A stretch of DNA of 64,000 nucleotides from assembly GCA_037130655.1 (NCBI GenBank), contig JBAXSP010000001.1:101830-165829 (forward strand). Reading direction: 5' to 3'. Source of the stretch: a bacterium. Lineage in GTDB: Bacteria > Patescibacteriota > Minisyncoccia > Phycocordibacterales > UBA9973. The notes under the pieces are model-generated. The model ran no database searches. It worked only from the letters and a program-made list of their open reading frames with translations, and was not told the origin of the DNA. Positions within the stretch are counted from its first letter, which is position 1. Every line of letters starts with the position of its first letter. Shown here piece by piece: positions 1 to 9,597 of this stretch. A program made the position numbers and the translations under genes.

Positions 1-896
1 CCATTTTCTACTCCAAAGAATAAATCTTCCGGTTCACCGATGCCGAGCAAATGACGAGGTTTTCCTTCGGGCAATACTTCGTTTACCCATTTGACCGCTG
101 TATGCAAATCATTTTTATCAAAAGACCCTCCAATACCAAAACCATCAAACATTTTTCCATCTTCGGTTTTCATATCTGCAATAACTTGTGCGGATTTTTT
201 GCGAAGCGACTCACTGCGTCCACCTTGAATCACACCAAAGAGTGCTCGCTCTTCCCCGCTTTCATCCAACAATCTGTGATGACGTTCCAAACTTCGCTTC
301 GCCCAACTATGTGTACGCCCCAGTGCTTCTTCTTGATAACGTTCGGTATCAAGTGGTGATGTACATTCATCGAATGCAAAAATAATATCGGCACCAAGAT
401 TGTGTTGGATCTCCATCGATTTTTCAGGAGTAATGTAATGAAGTGATCCATCGATATGCGAACGAAATGACACACCGTCGTTTCCGATTGTTGCAAGTCG
501 TGGCACACCATCATCTGCCGATGAACGTTCTGGAATTTGCACGCTCGGGTCTTCGGGATGAAGCAATTTCGAAATACCTTTACCGTATGCGACACCCAAA
601 GAAAAAACTTGAAAGCCACCAGAGTCGGTCATTGATGGGCCTTCCCATTGCATCATCTTTGGAAAACCGCCGAGCATTTTGACTCGTTCATCTCCTGGTT
701 CCAAATACAAGTGATAGGTATTTGCGAGCACTACTTGCGAACCAGCGAGTTTGATCATTTCTGGAGTCAGTCCTTTGACGGTTCCTTTTGTACCAACGGT
801 CACAAAAGCTGGTGTCAGAATCGTGCCGTGTGGAGTTTCAAGTTCTCCTGCACGTCCGAGTGCGTTATCTAATTTTTGGGTAATTTTAAATTTCAT
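1..896 (-). CDS. tgt: tRNA-guanine transglycosylase (3'-truncated by window edge)
   Basis: Manual translation from ATG at 896: MKFKITQKLDNALGRAGELETPHGTILTPAFVTVGT...LANTYHL...TDSGGFQVFSL; not in the ORF track because it runs off the window. Confidence 0.93.
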   Translation of the reverse strand, partial: MKFKITQKLDNALGRAGELETPHGTILTPAFVTVGTKGTVKGLTPEMIKLAGSQVVLANTYHLYLEPGDERVKMLGGFPKMMQWEGPSMTDSGGFQVFSLGVAYGKGISKLLHPEDPSVQIPERSSADDGVPRLATIGNDGVSFRSHIDGSLHYITPEKSMEIQHNLGADIIFAFDECTSPLDTERYQEEALGRTHSWAKRSLERHHRLLDESGEERALFGVIQGGRSESLRKKSAQVIADMKTEDGKMFDGFGIGGSFDKNDLHTAVKWVNEVLPEGKPRHLLGIGEPEDLFFGVEN

Positions 897-897
897 A

Positions 898-1695
898 TTA
901 TTGAATTTCTATGGTTACAAAATGAAGCGAACCAATATTCACCGGAGCACGAGCAAGTGTCAACTTGAAAGATTCGTGTTGATTGGAAACAATCCCTCCA
1001 ACTTGTGCAATCGGATATGAGTGCAGTGCTGGCAGAACCAATGTCATACCATTTTGTACGGTCATTCCCCGGGGTACAACAAATTCAAATGAACCACCAC
1101 CTTTTCCTTTAACTGAAAAAACCGTTCCGTTATCTACAAGCAGTGCATCAAATTGATTTCCTGATGCAGAAAGTAGTGCAACTTGTGCACTATGTTCATA
1201 CAAGGAAGTGACCTTTCCCAAAACAATTTCACCAGAAAGTACCAAATCACCTTCTTTGATTCCATCAGCACTTCCAACATCAATTGTCAGTGAGTCATAC
1301 ATCGAAGCGGTGTTTGATGAAAGCACAGTCGCCAATATTCTTTTTTTCACACTAGTACGTCCGAGTGTTTTCTTTAGTGAAGTATTTTCTTCTTGCAAGA
1401 CTACGTTTTCTACACGAAACGAATCGAGTTCAGTAATTTTATTTTTGAGTGCATCATTTTCATGCTGTAAAGATTTTTTTGAAAGAAAAAAACTTTTTGT
1501 GTTATGCAAACTTCCACCAATCGCATTCTTGACTTTGTATACCGGAGAAAAAATGGTCAAGAAAAATCCACCAACATTAGCGCGGAATGATGGAAATACC
1601 ATTGTGCACACTACCAACAAAGCAAAAAATCCCGCGACAATGAGCGGTGTTTTTTTGGATGGAGTATTTTTTTTGTTAGCGTGGAACGGAAGCAT
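898..1695 (-). CDS. mreC: Rod shape-determining protein MreC
   Basis: N-terminal TM helix, coiled coil, TIDVGSADGI motif; directly downstream of mreB. Confidence 0.9.
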   Translation of the reverse strand: MLPFHANKKNTPSKKTPLIVAGFFALLVVCTMVFPSFRANVGGFFLTIFSPVYKVKNAIGGSLHNTKSFFLSKKSLQHENDALKNKITELDSFRVENVVLQEENTSLKKTLGRTSVKKRILATVLSSNTASMYDSLTIDVGSADGIKEGDLVLSGEIVLGKVTSLYEHSAQVALLSASGNQFDALLVDNGTVFSVKGKGGGSFEFVVPRGMTVQNGMTLVLPALHSYPIAQVGGIVSNQHESFKLTLARAPVNIGSLHFVTIEIQ

Positions 1696-2722
1696 GATGA
1701 CCTTCTATTAAAAATGATTTATATCGTTCAATGTCTTCAAGTATTATACCAGTTCCGCGAGCAACAGCAGTCAGTGGTTCTTCGGCAACATACACCGGTA
1801 GATTGAGTGTCTCACCAAGCAAGGTAGAGAGTCCTTGAATATGCGCACCGCCACCGAGCAACACAATTCCTCGTTGCAAAATATCTGCCAAAATTTCTGG
1901 TGGTGTTGTTTCGAGTGTTTCTTTGACGGTATCAACAATTTGTAAAATAGACGGCATGATAGCTTCACGAACATCAGTATCAGTAACGATAACTTCACGT
2001 GGCAAACCGGTGAGCAAATCTCGTCCACGAACTTCAGCCTCCATAAAATCTCCTTGAACAACAGAACCAATCGCCATCTTCACTGCTTCAGCAGTTTTTT
2101 CTCCAACCAACAATTTGAATTCTTCTTTCAAATACGTTGTGATGTCGGTATTCAATTTGTCTCCAGCGATTTTCAAATTTTTTGAATGAACGATTCCACC
2201 TGACGCAATAACTGCCACATCAGTCGTACCACCACCAATATCAACAACAACAGAACCAACAGGATCTTCGACTGGCAAATGAATGCCGATAGCGCCGGCA
2301 ACTGGTTCTTCAACAAGAAATACTTCGCGTGCGCCGGCACTTTTGGCTGCGTCATACACCGCACGAGCTTCAACGTTGGTAATACCTGTCGGCACACCGA
2401 TGACTACACGCGGTTTGAAAAATTTCTTTGACATTCGATCTGCTTTGCCGATCAGATATGACAGCATTTCTTCAGTTACTTCGAAATCAGAAATAACTCC
2501 ATCAACAAGCGGACGAATTGTTTTCAAGTGAGCAGGAGTTCGTCCCATCATTTGTTTGGCTTCTGCACCAACAGCAACAATCACACCAGTTTTTATATTG
2601 AGCACAACGACTGATGGCTCATTGATGACAATGCCGTGCCCTTTCAAATACACCAACGTATTTGCGGTTCCCAAATCGATTCCTATTTCATTTGAAAATA
2701 CCTTGTAGAGCTTTTGGAACAT
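1676..2722 (-). CDS. mreB: Rod shape-determining protein MreB
   Basis: IGIDLGTANT, EPSVV, VVDIGGGTTD actin-like motifs. Confidence 0.97.
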   Translation of the reverse strand: MFQKLYKVFSNEIGIDLGTANTLVYLKGHGIVINEPSVVVLNIKTGVIVAVGAEAKQMMGRTPAHLKTIRPLVDGVISDFEVTEEMLSYLIGKADRMSKKFFKPRVVIGVPTGITNVEARAVYDAAKSAGAREVFLVEEPVAGAIGIHLPVEDPVGSVVVDIGGGTTDVAVIASGGIVHSKNLKIAGDKLNTDITTYLKEEFKLLVGEKTAEAVKMAIGSVVQGDFMEAEVRGRDLLTGLPREVIVTDTDVREAIMPSILQIVDTVKETLETTPPEILADILQRGIVLLGGGAHIQGLSTLLGETLNLPVYVAEEPLTAVARGTGIILEDIERYKSFLIEGHHASVPR

Positions 2723-2728
2723 AGTAGA

Positions 2729-4186
2729 TTAGTAGGCTTTTGCAAAGAGCACTTTTTTAGTTGATGAATTACCTGATTTAATACACACACCTGATTCATC
2801 TGCGCTGTCAAATGGAATACAGCGAATCGTTGCACCTGTTTCTTCTTTGATTTGTTTTTCTGTTTCTGCTGTACCGTCCCAGTGAGCTAGTACAAACTGA
2901 CCTTGTTCAATTGCAGACACAAAAGCATCCCAACTATCAACAGTAACTTTCTTTTCAACTAGTCGGTCTTTTGCAATTTGTAAAAGATTTTCTTGGATTG
3001 TACTCAAAAGTTCTGTAACTTTTTGCTGTAGTTCATTTAGAGGTGTTACTATTTTTTCTCCAGTATCACGACGAACAAGAACACAACTATTATTTTCTAT
3101 ATCTTTTGGTCCGTATTCAATACGTAGTGGCACACCTTCTTTTTCCCATTTGAAATATTTTTCCCCAGGACGAAGCTGTGGACGAGCATCAACGGTGACA
3201 CCAAATTCATATGTCGCTTTCAATATTGTTTCAAGTTCTCTCGCCTTCTCTACAATCGCATCGTGATTTGATTCATTGGTAATTGGAACAATGACTATCT
3301 TGATTGGCGCAATATTTGGAGGTAGCACCAAACCTTTATCATCACTGTGCGTCATAATCAAACCACCAATTGAACGTGTTGAAAGCCCCCAACTTGTTTG
3401 ATGTCCGTATTCAAGCGTATTTTGTTCATTCAAAAATTGTACGTTGAATGCTTTGGCGAAATGATCTCCAAGATTGTGTGACGTTGCGATTTGCAACGCT
3501 TTGCCATCTTGCATCATCGCTTCACAAGTATATGTTTTGAGTGCACCAGCAAATTTTTCACTTTCTGATTTTACTCCAGGAATAACTGGGATTGCCATAT
3601 ACTTTTCAAAAAAGTTTTTATACACATCAAGCATTTCACGAGCAAAAGCATCTGCCTCTTCAGGAGCCTGGTGCACAGTGTGACCTTCTTGCCACAAAAA
3701 TTCTGTTGTACGCAAGAAAAGTTTTGTACGCATCTCCCAGCGAATGACGTTTGCCCATTGATTGATAAGTAGTGGTAAGTCGCGATATGAACGGACCCAT
3801 TTTGAAAAAACATCATACATGATTGTTTCTGATGTCGGACGAAGCACGTATGACTCTTCCAATTTTTCACCTCCTGCGTGAGTAACTACTGCCACCTCTG
3901 GAGCAAAACCTTCAACGTGACTTTCTTCTTGTTTCAAAAGACGTTCAGGAATAAGCATCGGAAAATATGCATTACGAACTTGTTTTTTCTTGAACTCAAC
4001 ATCAAGCACTTTTTGAATACCTTCCCAAATTGCATAACCATTTGGTTTGATAATCATACAGCCTTTAACCGGAGAGTGTTCGGCAAGGTCTGCAGCTCCA
4101 ATTACATCCAAATACCATTCATTGTAATCAGTTGCTCGTGGAGTAATTGTTTTTTCGTAACTTTTTGCGTTTTTTGAGTCTTCCAT
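2729..4186 (-). CDS. proS: Proline-tRNA ligase (archaeal/eukaryotic type)
   Basis: LRPTSET, QWANVIRWE, FLRTTEFLWQEGHT, C-terminal FAKAY. Confidence 0.97.
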   Translation of the reverse strand: MEDSKNAKSYEKTITPRATDYNEWYLDVIGAADLAEHSPVKGCMIIKPNGYAIWEGIQKVLDVEFKKKQVRNAYFPMLIPERLLKQEESHVEGFAPEVAVVTHAGGEKLEESYVLRPTSETIMYDVFSKWVRSYRDLPLLINQWANVIRWEMRTKLFLRTTEFLWQEGHTVHQAPEEADAFAREMLDVYKNFFEKYMAIPVIPGVKSESEKFAGALKTYTCEAMMQDGKALQIATSHNLGDHFAKAFNVQFLNEQNTLEYGHQTSWGLSTRSIGGLIMTHSDDKGLVLPPNIAPIKIVIVPITNESNHDAIVEKARELETILKATYEFGVTVDARPQLRPGEKYFKWEKEGVPLRIEYGPKDIENNSCVLVRRDTGEKIVTPLNELQQKVTELLSTIQENLLQIAKDRLVEKKVTVDSWDAFVSAIEQGQFVLAHWDGTAETEKQIKEETGATIRCIPFDSADESGVCIKSGNSSTKKVLFAKAY

Positions 4187-4264
4187 ATAGCTCTATCGTA
4201 CGCCAAAATTGGCTTTTTTACAATATAAAACAAAAAGAAAGACCCCCTTTAAGGGGTCTTGGTT

Positions 4265-4804
4265 TTACTTTTTAGAAACGAGTGTTTTTTCAACAAGTCT
4301 ATTGATAATAGCTCTGGATTCTTTTTTGAAATCATTCCATTGGTTTTTATTAATATCATTGGCTTCTATGAGAAAATCTGAAAGCACTTTCAACCAAAAC
4401 TCAGAGGAGTGAATGGCCTTGTTTCTGCAAAAATAAAAGTTGTCATTAAAAATATTTGGATGCTTGTATTTCCTGACATCTTTTCCTTGCATCAAATCTT
4501 TTGTGTAATTTAGATTACTCTCAAATTTTTTTAGCAATAAACCAGTCAAGTCCTCAAATTGAGTATTGATACTTTTCATGTATTGATCGAGATGATCAAC
4601 CATTTTAGTTTTCAATGCTGTAAATTTCAGAGCAACACTGTTGAGATTTTTTTCATAGAGTTTATCTAATTCTTTTTTTGCTTCAGTGATATCATCACCA
4701 TACTTTCCATAGAAAGTGGTGTTTTTCCAATCTTCATAAAAATCTTTAAAAGCCATTTTGGCTTTTTGTTCCAAATCATCAAAAACTGCTTTAAATTCAT
4801 CCAT
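4265..4804 (-). CDS. Hypothetical protein (AT-rich, helical)
   Basis: 179-aa ORF, followed by hairpin near 4239-4261; no recognised family. Confidence 0.7.
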   Translation of the reverse strand: MDEFKAVFDDLEQKAKMAFKDFYEDWKNTTFYGKYGDDITEAKKELDKLYEKNLNSVALKFTALKTKMVDHLDQYMKSINTQFEDLTGLLLKKFESNLNYTKDLMQGKDVRKYKHPNIFNDNFYFCRNKAIHSSEFWLKVLSDFLIEANDINKNQWNDFKKESRAIINRLVEKTLVSKK

Positions 4805-4868
4805 ATGTATTTGTATTATTACTTATCCGAAAAAGACTATACCACACAATATACGATAAGACAAACTA

Positions 4869-4897
4869 TTGATACTTCTGCAGAAAAATGGTACTAT
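4869..4897 (+). promoter_or_regulatory. sigma70 promoter of rpsB-tsf
   Basis: TTGATA-17 nt-TACTAT with TG extension. Confidence 0.7.
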
Positions 4898-4904
4898 CAG
4901 CACT

Positions 4905-4962
4905 ATGTTCATGAGGGATTAGGTCTCCCTTCGATATGCTGAAAATGCTTAAAAATGAACAT
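4905..4962 (+). promoter_or_regulatory. Structured rpsB 5' leader (candidate S2 autoregulatory element)
   Basis: ATGTTCAT/ATGAACAT closing stem enclosing a GAGGGA/TCCCTT hairpin, between promoter and rpsB start. Confidence 0.5.
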
Positions 4963-4988
4963 TTTATTTAATTAATATTTTTTACACT

Positions 4989-5654
4989 ATGTCAGAAATT
5001 GACCACATGTTTGAAGCAGGTGTTCACTACGGCTACTCACGTACTCGTAGACACCCAACAACTGCTCCATTTATTTACACTACAAAAAACCGCATCGATA
5101 TCATCAATCTTGAAGATACCGAAGCACAACTAGAAAAAGCAAAAGCTTTTGTCAAAGAATTGAAAGCAACTGGCAAGAACATCCTTTGGGTTGGTATCAA
5201 GCCTGAAGCACAAAAAGTAATTGAAGAAACAGCATTGACTCTCGGTATGCCTTACGTAAACGAACGTTGGGTTGGGGGAACGTTGACTAACTGGGTAGAA
5301 ATCAAACGTCGCGTGAACGAATTGAATTCTTTGAAAGAAAAGAAAGCAAACGGCGAACTTGAGAAATACACAAAGAAAGAACGTTTACTTATCGACCGAA
5401 GTATTGCTAAAATGGAGAAGAACTTCTCAGGTATTTCAGCAATGACTCGCCTTCCAGATGCAGCTATCGTTATCGATCCAAAGCGTGAATACATCGCAGT
5501 GGAAGAATTGAACAAAGCTGGTATTCCGATCATCACTCTTGCAAACACAGACTGTAATCTTACTGGTTTGAAATATCCTATTGTCGGAAACGACGGTTCA
5601 CGTTCAAGTGTTACTTACATCGTAAATGCACTTAAAGAAGCTTACAAAGCTTAA
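4989..5654 (+). CDS. rpsB: 30S ribosomal protein S2
   Basis: EAGVHYG, RWVGGTLTN, NTDCN, GNDGS motifs. Confidence 0.98.
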   Translation: MSEIDHMFEAGVHYGYSRTRRHPTTAPFIYTTKNRIDIINLEDTEAQLEKAKAFVKELKATGKNILWVGIKPEAQKVIEETALTLGMPYVNERWVGGTLTNWVEIKRRVNELNSLKEKKANGELEKYTKKERLLIDRSIAKMEKNFSGISAMTRLPDAAIVIDPKREYIAVEELNKAGIPIITLANTDCNLTGLKYPIVGNDGSRSSVTYIVNALKEAYKA

Positions 5655-5693
5655 CAGTTCCATACTTTATTAGTTCTTAAATTACATATATCT

Positions 5694-6470
5694 ATGAGTA
5701 ACATTTCAGTTGACCTTATCAAGGAATTACGAGATCAAACCGGTGTCGCAGTAATGCAATGCCGTAAAGCTTTGGAAGAAGCTGGTGGTGATATCGAAAA
5801 AGCTCGAATCATCTTGAGTAAACAATCAAGTGCTGCAGCTGAGAAGAAAGCTGACCGTGCACTTGGTGATGGACTCGTTGTGGTGAAGCAAGACGGAAAC
5901 AAAGCAGTGATGCTTGTCCTCTTCTGCGAAACTGACTTCGTTGCAAAAAACGAAGAATTTATTGCAGCCGCAAACAAGCTTGGAGAAATCGCTCTCGCTG
6001 AAGGTGAAGATGCTATGCGCGCACAATCAGGAGAAATCATCAATCCATTGATTCAAAAAATTGGTGAAAATATGCAAGTTGGTTCTGTATACACATTCGA
6101 CAATGGTACTATCGGTAGCTATGTTCACAATGGACGTAATGCTTCTGTAGTAGTACTCGAAGGTGGTGACGAATCTCTTGCAAAAGATATCGCAATGCAC
6201 ATCAGTGCGATGAAGCCTCACTTCGTAAAGAAAGATGACATTACTGAAGACGACAAAGTCAAAGTAACTGAAGTATTTCAAAAAGAAGTTGATGAATCTG
6301 ACAAACCAGCAGATATGAAAGCAAAAATCCTTGAAGGAAAATTGTCTGCTTATTTCAAAGAAAAAATTCTCTTGGAACAACCGTTCATCAAAGACCCTAA
6401 TATGACTATCGGTCAATTAGCATCAAGTAAAGGTGCAACTGTTGTTCGTTTCGAACAATTTAACTTCTAA
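5694..6470 (+). CDS. tsf: Elongation factor Ts
   Basis: IKELRDQTG..CRKAL, CETDFVAKN, IAMHISAM; follows rpsB. Confidence 0.98.
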   Translation: MSNISVDLIKELRDQTGVAVMQCRKALEEAGGDIEKARIILSKQSSAAAEKKADRALGDGLVVVKQDGNKAVMLVLFCETDFVAKNEEFIAAANKLGEIALAEGEDAMRAQSGEIINPLIQKIGENMQVGSVYTFDNGTIGSYVHNGRNASVVVLEGGDESLAKDIAMHISAMKPHFVKKDDITEDDKVKVTEVFQKEVDESDKPADMKAKILEGKLSAYFKEKILLEQPFIKDPNMTIGQLASSKGATVVRFEQFNF

Positions 6471-6473
6471 TAT

Positions 6474-6935
6474 ATGTATCTAGTAATTATTCTTATCATT
6501 TCATCTATCTCACTCTTTTTGTTTCTTGCGTACAAAGCATGGGAATACAAAGCTGGTCCGGAAGCGAAACACGAGAGAATGATTATCGACAGAAAAGTAT
6601 TGGAATATGTTTTGAGATCAGTATTGTTGTCACTCAAAAATCACATCAGAGATTTCTTGATTTGGTTGACGAAGGTGAAATTCAAAATAAGTACAACGTT
6701 TGGAACTTTTTTCAAAGAACGATTTCCAAAAGTATATGCTTTGTTCTCTACCAAACACGCAATACAACTTGCGCAAGAAAGTGAAAGCAAATCAACATCA
6801 TACTTTTTCAGAACCGTTGCTGAATATAAGTACAAAATAAAAAAGACAAAACAAGCGCTTCATAAAGAAGCCGAGGAAAAAGCCCTTGAAGAGGAGATCG
6901 AGAAAGAAACAACAAACACCGAACAAGAAGACTAA
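6474..6935 (+). CDS. Hypothetical membrane-anchored protein
   Basis: N-terminal hydrophobic helix; 3 nt after tsf stop. Confidence 0.75.
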   Translation: MYLVIILIISSISLFLFLAYKAWEYKAGPEAKHERMIIDRKVLEYVLRSVLLSLKNHIRDFLIWLTKVKFKISTTFGTFFKERFPKVYALFSTKHAIQLAQESESKSTSYFFRTVAEYKYKIKKTKQALHKEAEEKALEEEIEKETTNTEQED

Positions 6936-6968
6936 CCAAAAGAAAATCCCCATACAGGGATTTTCTTT

Positions 6969-7361
6969 TTACTTCTTAACCCTCCAAGACCTACCCTTTC
7001 CTTTATTTAAACTTTTAAAATTTGGAGTAAGTGCGTGGCAATTTGGACAAAGCAACCTCAGGTTATTTTCTTTATTATTGATTGAATTACCGTCAATATG
7101 ATCAATTTCAAGTGGAACATTTTTTGTAACTTGATTACGTTTCTGCCATCCACACAAAGAACATTTTTCTCCGTGTTTTTCTAAAAAATATCGTTTTAAA
7201 TGTTTTGATATATTCTTTGTTGTGGTTTTAATTTTATTTAATTTCCATTCTTTAATATACAAATTATATTGAAAATCTTTTTGACATTTATTAGAACAAT
7301 ATTTAAGCTGAGAACGTGTTTCAAGTTGCTTATTACAATTGGAACAAATTATACTTTTCAT
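6969..7361 (-). CDS. HNH endonuclease with N-terminal zinc finger
   Basis: CxxC..YCSNKCQ, CSLCG, LEIDHIDGNSINNKENNLRLLCPNCH; probable start ATG 7361; AT-rich. Confidence 0.9.
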   Translation of the reverse strand: MKSIICSNCNKQLETRSQLKYCSNKCQKDFQYNLYIKEWKLNKIKTTTKNISKHLKRYFLEKHGEKCSLCGWQKRNQVTKNVPLEIDHIDGNSINNKENNLRLLCPNCHALTPNFKSLNKGKGRSWRVKK

Positions 7362-7416
7362 ACAATTAGTATACCAAATATTATTCACTCGAAGGTATGC
7401 ATATCTATACATAACC

Positions 7417-7464
7417 GCTCAAAACAAAAAACAACATCAATTGATGTTGTTTTTTGTTTTGAGC
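7417..7464. repeat. Perfect palindrome overlapping tRNA-Thr 3' end (terminator-like)
   Basis: gctcaaaacaaaaaacaacatc-aatt-gatgttgttttttgttttgagc. Confidence 0.8.
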
Positions 7465-7534
7465 CGCTTCTCGGACTTGAACCGAGGACCTTCACTTTAC
7501 AAAAGTGTTGCTCTACCAACTGAGCTAAAGCGGC
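7462..7534 (-). tRNA. tRNA-Thr(TGT)
   Basis: Cloverleaf GCCGCTT..AAGCGGC-T, anticodon loop TTTGTAA, TTCAAGT T-loop, no encoded CCA. Confidence 0.95.
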
Positions 7535-7660
7535 TGATTTTTCCTACAAAGAAAAATCATGTCGGAAGAAATTCTTAGGCGAAGCCTGATAATTTTTCCG
7601 ACTAATTTTCTTACAGGGAAATACTTTTTGGTCAAAATTTTCCGACCAGAATTTTTCCTA
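7535..7660 (-). repeat. Multi-hairpin element abutting tRNA-Thr 5' end, copy 1
   Basis: First 36 nt identical to 63464 onward; GTCGGAA...TTCCGAC hairpin with compensatory changes. Confidence 0.85.
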
Positions 7661-7750
7661 TTGGTATTAGGCTGTTCTAAAAGTACCAAATAAATATATC
7701 ACATCCACCAAATTTTGCAACAAAAAAAACCCCTTTTAAGGGGGAGACTT

Positions 7751-8263
7751 TTAGTCTGTTTCGGTTGCATCGTAATCGCTCGAGGTACGTTCCAGTAAAT
7801 CTTGTAATGCTTTTTGCTCTTCTTTTTTCTTATTAAGAAACAATTGTTCTATATCCTTTTGGGCTTCTTTTTTATACACATCAATTCGAATAAGGTGTGC
7901 TGAAAAAATGAACGAACATAGAGCCAAGATACTCGAAAAAATAATACGAACGCCCACCACTGTGACTAATTCAATTTCCCATAAAACAAAAAGATACAGT
8001 AGTAGTACAACCAAACAATCAATAGACCATTGGCTCATCTTTTTTGCAAAAAAGATGATCGGACTATTGATACTGTCCAGCAATTGATCCGATAGATCAT
8101 CGAGCTCTTTGTTTGGTTTGTCAGCAAAGCAAAAACGAGAAACCATTCTTTCTTCTTCTATTTCAGCAAAATCACAGAGAGTTTTTTTATAAGCTTTCGG
8201 TGGCAATAACACCATCTGTGTAAACAAAAAGCCTACAAGCATAACAAAAGCAATATGTAGCAT
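7751..8263 (-). CDS. Hypothetical membrane protein
   Basis: 170 aa, three hydrophobic segments, AT-rich. Confidence 0.7.
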   Translation of the reverse strand: MLHIAFVMLVGFLFTQMVLLPPKAYKKTLCDFAEIEEERMVSRFCFADKPNKELDDLSDQLLDSINSPIIFFAKKMSQWSIDCLVVLLLYLFVLWEIELVTVVGVRIIFSSILALCSFIFSAHLIRIDVYKKEAQKDIEQLFLNKKKEEQKALQDLLERTSSDYDATETD

Positions 8264-8323
8264 ATAATTAGTGTACGAGTTTTTTCCTCAAAAACAATAC
8301 ACTATTGGGATGAAATTTTCAAG

Positions 8324-8602
8324 CTACGCATCACCTTCTATTTCCTGTCCCACCACATATTCGCACCCTTCATTCCCTACCAAAGCAGTATGTTTGACTC
8401 CAACAGGTACTTCAATAAACTCACCTGGACCAAGTGTTTGTTCAATCCCACCTGAGAATATTAGAGAACCTTTAGTTACATAAAAAGCTACTCTGCCTTT
8501 GTGGCTATGTTCTTCGTATACAGTCCCTGGTTCATCCGTCCATTCGTACACAATGAGGAATCCCTGGTCTGTTAGGTTTTGTTTTAATAATTCTTTATCC
8601 AT
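8324..8602 (-). CDS. Cupin domain protein
   Basis: YEEHSH and EVPVGVKHTA cupin motifs. Confidence 0.85.
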   Translation of the reverse strand: MDKELLKQNLTDQGFLIVYEWTDEPGTVYEEHSHKGRVAFYVTKGSLIFSGGIEQTLGPGEFIEVPVGVKHTALVGNEGCEYVVGQEIEGDA

Positions 8603-8621
8603 AAATTTATTTTACAGAATA

Positions 8622-8927
8622 TTAGTACCTCGTTACATCATTATTTTTAAGTTTCGACAAAATTGGATTTGGAACATTCTCTAGTACTTTTTTTACTTCT
8701 GCGTCAGAAATGATCGTTCTTATAAATGCAACTATTTATTGCAATAATTCTTCTTCATAGGTATTTTCAACAAGCGCAAAACGAACGGTATTTTCTTCAT
8801 CTTGTGCATTTTCTGCAAGTAAAACGATATCATTTTCTATAGCAAATTTACGAACTGTTCCACGGAATTTTACTCCGATAAGATTAGCAGAGACACTGTT
8901 TACTTGATATATATCCCAATAAGTCAT
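8622..8927 (-). pseudogene. Acylphosphatase-like gene with in-frame TAA at 8736-8738
   Basis: GVKFRGTVRKFA motif; frame stays open 37 codons past the internal stop to TAA at 8622-8624. Confidence 0.6.
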
Positions 8928-8931
8928 AATC

Positions 8932-9594
8932 CTATTCTACATCAAAAGTACCTTTTACCAATTCTAAAAATTGTCCGTGGGTTTCCGGTTTGTTTTCGTA
9001 GTGCATCGAAATAATCTTTCCGATCTTTTCGAATTTTTGAGCAAAGTCAAATGCTTCTTCTGGGCCAAAAGTATAAAATGTTCCGACAGGCAAAAGAAGA
9101 TAGTCAACTACTAGTTCTGACACGTCGATTTCTGATTCATAGAACATATCACCGGCAAAATAAATATTTTGATCATCAACATTAATCAAAAATCCATAAT
9201 TTTCAGTAATCGGAACAGTTAGATTAGGGCCGTGATCTACAGAAAATACTTGTAGGGTAAAATTTTCATCTTCATATTCTGCCTCAGTTGAAATAATACA
9301 CATATTACTAGCTATCACCGGCTTATCAGCAGGTGAAGCTGTTACTACATCTATAATACTTTGTTCGTGCAGAACATCGTAACAATTTCTAGGTAACAAT
9401 ATTGTTTTTGGATTAAGTTTCTTTATTTGTTCTATAGAAAAGTGGTCACCGTGAATATGAGAAATAAGCATCGTGTCACAACTTATTCCGTCCAATTTTT
9501 CCAATGGAGTTTTGTTGCCAATATCAATCGCCAGACGAAAACCTTTTTCACTTTCTATAATGAAGCCTGATTGTTCAAATTTGGTTATTTTCAT
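8932..9594 (-). CDS. MBL-fold metallo-hydrolase
   Basis: SHIHGDH, IYFAGD, SMHY motifs. Confidence 0.92.
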   Translation of the reverse strand: MKITKFEQSGFIIESEKGFRLAIDIGNKTPLEKLDGISCDTMLISHIHGDHFSIEQIKKLNPKTILLPRNCYDVLHEQSIIDVVTASPADKPVIASNMCIISTEAEYEDENFTLQVFSVDHGPNLTVPITENYGFLINVDDQNIYFAGDMFYESEIDVSELVVDYLLLPVGTFYTFGPEEAFDFAQKFEKIGKIISMHYENKPETHGQFLELVKGTFDVE

Positions 9595-9597
9595 TAC

